57,574 nucleotides of DNA from a virus (taxonomy: Duplodnaviria; Caudoviricetes). The position numbers were made by a program, and so were the translations under genes. Below are positions 53,324 through 57,574 of this stretch, in pieces. The stretch is from the IMG/VR virus record IMGVR_UViG_3300017788_000029, positions 1-57,574 of that record, one strand, 5' to 3'. Below the pieces are notes generated by a model that was not told the DNA's origin, did not search any database, and saw only the letters and a program-made list of their open reading frames with translations. The number at the start of each line of letters is the position of its first letter. Position 1 is the stretch's first letter.

Positions 53324-53400
53324 CTCGACTTCTCCTTCTCCGCCGGCCCGATGCCGACATCCCGGTGTTGGACCAGGAGCGCGGAGGAAGCAACAAGAAT
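53324..53400 (-). promoter_or_regulatory. Promoter-hairpin-SD cassette copy 6
   Basis: TTCTTG-TTGCTT-N17-CAACAC; GTCGGC-ATCGG-GCCGGC; GGAGAAGGAGAAG. Confidence 0.75.
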
Positions 53401-53431
53401 CTCGTCGTCGCTTCCTCCGCCTCGGCTCCGA

Positions 53432-53992
53432 TCAGTCGTTGTCGAAGAGGGTCATCTGACGAGACTCCTCCACCGCGCGCTCGAAGGCCTTCTCTGCCTT
53501 GGTGCGCTTCTCCTTCGCCTCCTTGCGCTCCTCCACGCCCTCGGCGATGGCTTCCTGCCAGCCCTGCCACGCGTCCACGACGTCGTGGAGCTTCTGGGCG
53601 GCCTGGGCCTGGTTGCCGGCCTCGATCCCCTTCTCGATCTCGGTCTTGAACGACTCCTCCGCGGCCTTGTTCCGGTCGCGGATCGTGACGTTGACGTCGT
53701 GGAGCGCGCCGGTCGCCTTCTGGTAGGCGTCCCACCGAGAGACGATCCGCTTCGCGGCCTTCGCCGAGTCGAGATCGTCGCTGTCCACGGCCTCCCGAGC
53801 CCGATCCGCCGCCTCCTCGCCCTTCTTGGGCTTGCCGGCCTTCTCCGGCTTCGCCTTCGCCTTCTCGGGCTTCTTGGTCGCCGCCTTCTTGGCTCCCTTC
53901 TTCGGGGCCTTCGCGTCGCTCATCGCCTTCGCCGCGACCCGAGCCGCGGTCTCGTCGTGTCCTCGTCCACCACCATCGCTGAGAGCCATCAC
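53432..53992 (-). CDS. Lys-rich/coiled-coil protein ending in a QxxLF motif
   Basis: Histone-like KAPKKGAKK N-terminal region; ends SRQMTLFDND. Confidence 0.6.
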   Translation of the reverse strand: MMALSDGGGRGHDETAARVAAKAMSDAKAPKKGAKKAATKKPEKAKAKPEKAGKPKKGEEAADRAREAVDSDDLDSAKAAKRIVSRWDAYQKATGALHDVNVTIRDRNKAAEESFKTEIEKGIEAGNQAQAAQKLHDVVDAWQGWQEAIAEGVEERKEAKEKRTKAEKAFERAVEESRQMTLFDND

Positions 53993-55215
53993 GCACCGTC
54001 CTTTCGTCTTTCGATCTCCTCGTGGGCGACCTCGGCCACCCTGTACTGCGAGCGCGTCTCGGGCGCATCCTGGAGGCACACGAGCCGGTATTCGCACGGC
54101 GGAGACCAGGGCATCGTACACGCGCCGGGCGAACGCGTCCGCTCGGACGGATCGCGATCCGCTCGTCGGATCCGCCCGGCCTCGACGTACATCTCACGAC
54201 GCCACTGCTCGATCTCCTCGTCGCTCCTCCAAAACTCGGTCCGCGCGAAGAACCGATCGCCCTGATGCTCCAGCCGCTCGACGAGCGCGCCCTGCTTCAA
54301 CCGGAGGTTCCGCCACCGCTCCTCGACCTCCGAGGCTCGGGCTCCGCCCTTCTCGCGTCCCTTCGCGAGCCACTCGGGCTCGGCCTGCTTCTCGATGGCC
54401 GCCGCGTAGAGCGCCGCGGTCGTGTCGCACGCGGCGATCGAGACGGTCCCATCCTGGTTGATCTTCGGCTCCTCCGGACGAGCGCGCCGCATGACCGAGT
54501 AGACCACCCGGCCCGTCTTGGCCGTGTCGAGCCCGAGCGGAGCGGTCATCGGGAAGAGCGGCTGGACCTTCCCGCGCCGCTGGAGCGCCCGGAGCGCCGC
54601 GATGTAGCCCGCCATCTGCGGGTCCAACTCCAGCCGCTTCTCGACGTTCCACGGAGCGACCTCGACCGTCTTGTGGTCGGTGAGGAGGATGTCACCGAAG
54701 TCGAGATCGAAGAACGCGAGGTCCATCACGCCCGCGTGCCACAGCGGTCCTCCGCGCGCGCCGCGATGATCGATCGGCACCTCGAAGACGCGCTCTACCG
54801 CGAGGGGGACGCAGCGCGAGAAGTCGGCCGCGGTCCGCGTGAAGTAGTGCTCGATCATCCACGGGAGGACGCGCCGCGCCTCGGCGTCTTCTCGCTCGGC
54901 GTCCTCTCTCGCGTCGTCTCGCACCGAGGCGTCGACCTCCTTCCAGTCGAGGTCGACCTGCTCGATCGCCGCCGTGACTCCGGCCGCGATCGCGACCCTA
55001 GCCGCGTCCTCGTTGGAGCCGCGCGCGTCGTAGATCCACCGGAAGCCCGCGAGCACGCCGACCTCCACGCCTCGGTGGTAGGCCTGCCCGATCCTCGTTC
55101 TCGCGCCCGACCGCTGGAGCCGGAGCCTCTCTCGGTAGCGGAAGTGGTGCTTCCGAGGGCACGTCCGGAACGTCTCGACCTCCGAGTAGGTCACGAGATG
55201 CCGCTTCAAGCTCAC
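53989..55215 (-). CDS. PD-(D/E)xK exonuclease, RecB/Cas4-like
   Basis: YSEVETFRTCPRK, GQAYH, AVE, GVMDL, DHKT, QMAGY and C-terminal C..C..C. Confidence 0.85.
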   Translation of the reverse strand: MSLKRHLVTYSEVETFRTCPRKHHFRYRERLRLQRSGARTRIGQAYHRGVEVGVLAGFRWIYDARGSNEDAARVAIAAGVTAAIEQVDLDWKEVDASVRDDAREDAEREDAEARRVLPWMIEHYFTRTAADFSRCVPLAVERVFEVPIDHRGARGGPLWHAGVMDLAFFDLDFGDILLTDHKTVEVAPWNVEKRLELDPQMAGYIAALRALQRRGKVQPLFPMTAPLGLDTAKTGRVVYSVMRRARPEEPKINQDGTVSIAACDTTAALYAAAIEKQAEPEWLAKGREKGGARASEVEERWRNLRLKQGALVERLEHQGDRFFARTEFWRSDEEIEQWRREMYVEAGRIRRADRDPSERTRSPGACTMPWSPPCEYRLVCLQDAPETRSQYRVAEVAHEEIERRKDGA

Positions 55216-55697
55216 GAGCCACCTCCCCTCGGGTTGTTCTCTCCCAGCCGATCTCGGATGCTCTCCGTGCCGGCCTCCACGAGCCGCCGAAAGCCCTCGG
55301 TGCCTGGAGCGATCCCGGCGAGGAGCGCCTCCACCTTCTCTCGGTCGAGAGCCGGCGTCGTCGCGTCGATTACGGCGACCTCGAACGCGGCATCTGCGCG
55401 CACCGCGGCTCGACCGGCCTCGTGTGCGGCATCGCGCGCCGCCTCGTAGTCGGGGAAGGCGTAGGGCCGACGCCCGTACTTCCGCGCGAGGTCCGCTCGG
55501 AGCTTCTCCGCATCGAGCAACGTCCGCCGAGCGTTCGTGCGCGCCTCCCAGGCGGCTCGGAGAACCTCCAGCCGGGCCTCGTGCCGGTCGAGCAGCGCGA
55601 GCGCGCGCGCCTCCTCCACGTCGGTCGGAGCGCGGAGGAACGGCGGGAGGATGACGTAGAGCGCCGCGAGGACGTCCTGGGCCTTCTTGGTCGACAT
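55212..55697 (-). CDS. Hypothetical protein
   Basis: Coupled chain; MSTKKAQDVL... Confidence 0.55.
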   Translation of the reverse strand: MSTKKAQDVLAALYVILPPFLRAPTDVEEARALALLDRHEARLEVLRAAWEARTNARRTLLDAEKLRADLARKYGRRPYAFPDYEAARDAAHEAGRAAVRADAAFEVAVIDATTPALDREKVEALLAGIAPGTEGFRRLVEAGTESIRDRLGENNPRGGGS

Positions 55698-56218
55698 CAC
55701 AGCCCCAGGAGCGAGCGCGTCGCCGCGCCGGCCTGAACGGGTTCCCACACCGGGACGGTCCGCGCGTGCGAGCCGTCGGCCTTGCGTCCGACCGCGCGCC
55801 ACCCCGCGCGAAACACCACGCCCATGAACCGACGGTCCACGAGGTCGAGCGTCCGCCCGTGGCCCTTCTGGCGGAGCGCCTCGATCACCTCGGGCGACGT
55901 CACCGAGCCGTTGGCGCTCGCGATCTCCATCGCGGTCGAGCGAGCGAGCCGCACGAGGTCCGCGCGCTTCTCGGCGAGGAGGTCGAGCGCCGCGTCACGC
56001 TTCTCGGTCTCGGTGGGCTCGGTCCGGAGGCCCGCGCGCCCGATCACGGGCTCGGCCTCGGTGAGCGCGGCTTCCAGGTCGTCACGAGCGACGTCCTGGA
56101 TCGTGTCGAGGTTGCCGGTCGGCTCCTCGGCGACGTCGCGGTAGGCGCGCGCCTTCTCGCAGACCGACGCCAGCAGCCGCTCGGCCTCCATCGCCCTCCG
56201 CTTCCACGAGCGGCTCAC
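55697..56218 (-). CDS. Hypothetical protein, possible winged-helix C-terminus
   Basis: GTG start coupled to the upstream gene; VTSPEVIEAL...DRRFMGVVF...SHARTVPVW. Confidence 0.55.
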   Translation of the reverse strand: MSRSWKRRAMEAERLLASVCEKARAYRDVAEEPTGNLDTIQDVARDDLEAALTEAEPVIGRAGLRTEPTETEKRDAALDLLAEKRADLVRLARSTAMEIASANGSVTSPEVIEALRQKGHGRTLDLVDRRFMGVVFRAGWRAVGRKADGSHARTVPVWEPVQAGAATRSLLGL

Positions 56219-56409
56219 GACCGGACCTCCCGCATCGCGAGCAGCGTAGCCAGGAGCGCCTCGTGGAGCATGAGGAACGGAGCCCTCGTCGAGACCTCTC
56301 CGCCGTCGAAGCGCGCCGTCACGATGACGACTCCCTCTCTCGCGACCGCGCGCAGCCGCACTCCCGGTCTCTTCGCGCGCGCGAGCGCGCCCACCGTGTT
56401 CTCGTCCAT
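56215..56409 (-). CDS. Small hypothetical protein, first early gene
   Basis: Directly after cassette 7. Confidence 0.55.
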   Translation of the reverse strand: MDENTVGALARAKRPGVRLRAVAREGVVIVTARFDGGEVSTRAPFLMLHEALLATLLAMREVRS

Positions 56410-56484
56410 CGTCCTTCTCCTTCTCCGCCGGGCGATCCCGGCATTCGAGGCACTCTGATCGAACGCGAGCGATTCGGCAACAAC
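56410..56484 (-). promoter_or_regulatory. Promoter-hairpin-SD cassette copy 7
   Basis: TTG-TTGCCG-N17-CAGAGT; GCCGGG-ATCG-CCCGGC; GGAGAAGGAGAAGG. Confidence 0.7.
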
Positions 56485-56842
56485 GAACACCCCGAGCGCC
56501 TCGCTCGGGCGTTCGGGAGGCAAGCGCCCCCCCTACCCCCCCGAGACTCGGGAGGAGCAGGGAGAGCACCGAGCGTCCCGGTATGGCGTCGGCCCGTTGG
56601 CTTCTGCCAACCCCCGAACCCGCGTGAGACGCGCACGGGCCCATGCCTCGGCGATCACGCACGCGTCCCGTGGAGGCGATCCAGTCGGGAGACGGGCCGA
56701 TGACTCCGCGCACGCCCACGAACGCCTCCGACGGCGACGTAGACGGCTCGGCTCGGTTCCCGGCTTGTCCTGCTATGACGCACCGGGCGGGGACGGGGCC
56801 CCGCCAGAGTGATCGATCGGATCCTCTCAAGACGCAACCGCG

Positions 56843-56882
56843 AAAGACGGAAAGACAAACCCCCCGGTGATTCGCCGGGGGG
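56843..56882 (-). terminator. Intrinsic terminator ending the late/lysis operon
   Basis: CCCCCCGGCGA-A-TCACCGGGGGG stem followed by TTTGTCTTTCCGTCTTT. Confidence 0.75.
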
Positions 56883-56958
56883 AGTCTAGGTGCCCTGGAG
56901 CGATAGCAGCGCCCATTCGGGCACCCGCCGTCGATTCTGCGGGCGCGCGATCTGCGCG

Positions 56959-57177
56959 TCAACCGGGAGGAACACGCCGCGGAGGATCGGGACGCTCGCC
57001 CGTGCCCAGGAGCGTCGAGACCGGCGAGCCGGGGATGAGGAGGCCGCCGACGAACGCGAGGATCTCGGTGACGTGCGCGCCCTCGGCGAAGATCGCGAGG
57101 AGCACGACCGCCGCGATCGCCGCGAGGACGACCGCGAGGTTGATCGTGTGCTTGGGGCTCCAGGTCTCGCGCTTCAT
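56959..57177 (-). CDS. Holin-like small membrane protein
   Basis: 72 aa with two hydrophobic segments; in the lysis cluster. Confidence 0.6.
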   Translation of the reverse strand: MKRETWSPKHTINLAVVLAAIAAVVLLAIFAEGAHVTEILAFVGGLLIPGSPVSTLLGTGERPDPPRRVPPG

Positions 57178-57491
57178 CGGTGCGTTCCTCCGCTCGTGCT
57201 CGTCAGCGTAGGACGATCCTCGATGCGCGTCACGCGCCGCTCGATGTCCTCCACCGCCTGGAACCGGCCGCCGACGTAGATCGCCGCCGAGATGACCGAG
57301 ACCATCACGGCGAACGAGCCGCCGAGGACGACCCAGAACAACCGTTCGATCCGCGACTCCAGCCGCTCGTGGCGTTGCTCGACCGCCTTCTGGTCTCGCA
57401 TCAGCTGGGCGAGCTTGATCTCCGTGGCGAGCACGCGTCCTCCGATCCCCGAGCCGGTGTCCGGGATGTCGTCCATTCCATCGACGGGCAT
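57174..57491 (-). CDS. Single-TM coiled-coil membrane protein (holin/antiholin-like)
   Basis: Coupled (TGATG) to the endolysin stop across the circular junction; TM LFWVVLGGSFAVMVSVISAAIYV. Confidence 0.6.
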   Translation of the reverse strand: MPVDGMDDIPDTGSGIGGRVLATEIKLAQLMRDQKAVEQRHERLESRIERLFWVVLGGSFAVMVSVISAAIYVGGRFQAVEDIERRVTRIEDRPTLTSTSGGTHR

Positions 57492-57574
57492 CAGTACCTC
57501 CCCACGCCGCGAGCCGACCACTGCAACGGGATCGGTCTCCCGCCGTCGATCGCGTCCTCGGGCTGCACCACGCA
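57452..57574. repeat. Terminal direct repeat (right copy)
   Basis: Identical to 1-123. Confidence 0.95.

Noticed and set aside
53989-55215. Cas4-like nuclease as evidence of a CRISPR system
   Set aside because: No repeat-spacer array or other cas genes seen; the Sak4/SSB context indicates a recombination exonuclease.
1-57574. Many long plus-strand and alternative-frame ORFs (e.g. 15675-18014, 40034-42598, 46191-49034, 19604-21865)
   Set aside because: Arg/Pro/Ala-rich shadow frames typical of high-GC DNA. They overlap well-supported minus-strand genes and show no recognisable motifs.
57452-57574. 123-bp terminal repeat as a biological DTR or att site
   Set aside because: It cuts through two coupled lysis genes and is best explained as assembler overlap of a circular contig; read data would be needed to say otherwise.
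1-57574. tRNA genes or alternative genetic code
   Set aside because: No cloverleaf seen in intergenic gaps; conserved genes are intact under the standard code with TGA, TAG and TAA used as stops.

Overview
This window appears to be a complete, circularly permuted genome of about 57,451 bp from a very GC-rich (roughly 70%+ by eye) tailed phage with a contractile tail. Bases 1-123 are repeated exactly at 57452-57574. Every credible gene is on the minus strand. In transcription order the genome encodes: recombination/replication genes (Cas4/RecB-like nuclease, Sak4-like AAA ATPase, SSB, replication initiator, RuvC-like resolvase, HNH); a nucleotide/DNA-modification block (N6-adenine MTase, MazG-like, minimal Pol X, and a ParB-MTase with a complete PLP enzyme inserted inside it); TerS, TerL, portal and a MuF protein with a lethal-factor-like zinc protease at its C-terminus; a 6 kb island of small genes driven by repeated promoter-hairpin-SD cassettes; head, neck, tail and baseplate genes; and lysis genes. 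I recognised no integrase, repressor, replicative polymerase, tRNA or CRISPR array. A Myxococcota-like host is inferred, not shown. The best candidate for a new system is the ParB-MTase-PLP fusion next to the terminase, a probable packaging-linked DNA hypermodification enzyme. Other notable signals are the MuF protease cargo with a candidate partner protein, two distinct expression regimes (PeSL-like cassettes and leaderless late genes), a pseudoknot shared by the scaffold and capsid leaders, and near-total avoidance of GAGCTS. All family assignments come from motif recognition by eye; no database searches were run.
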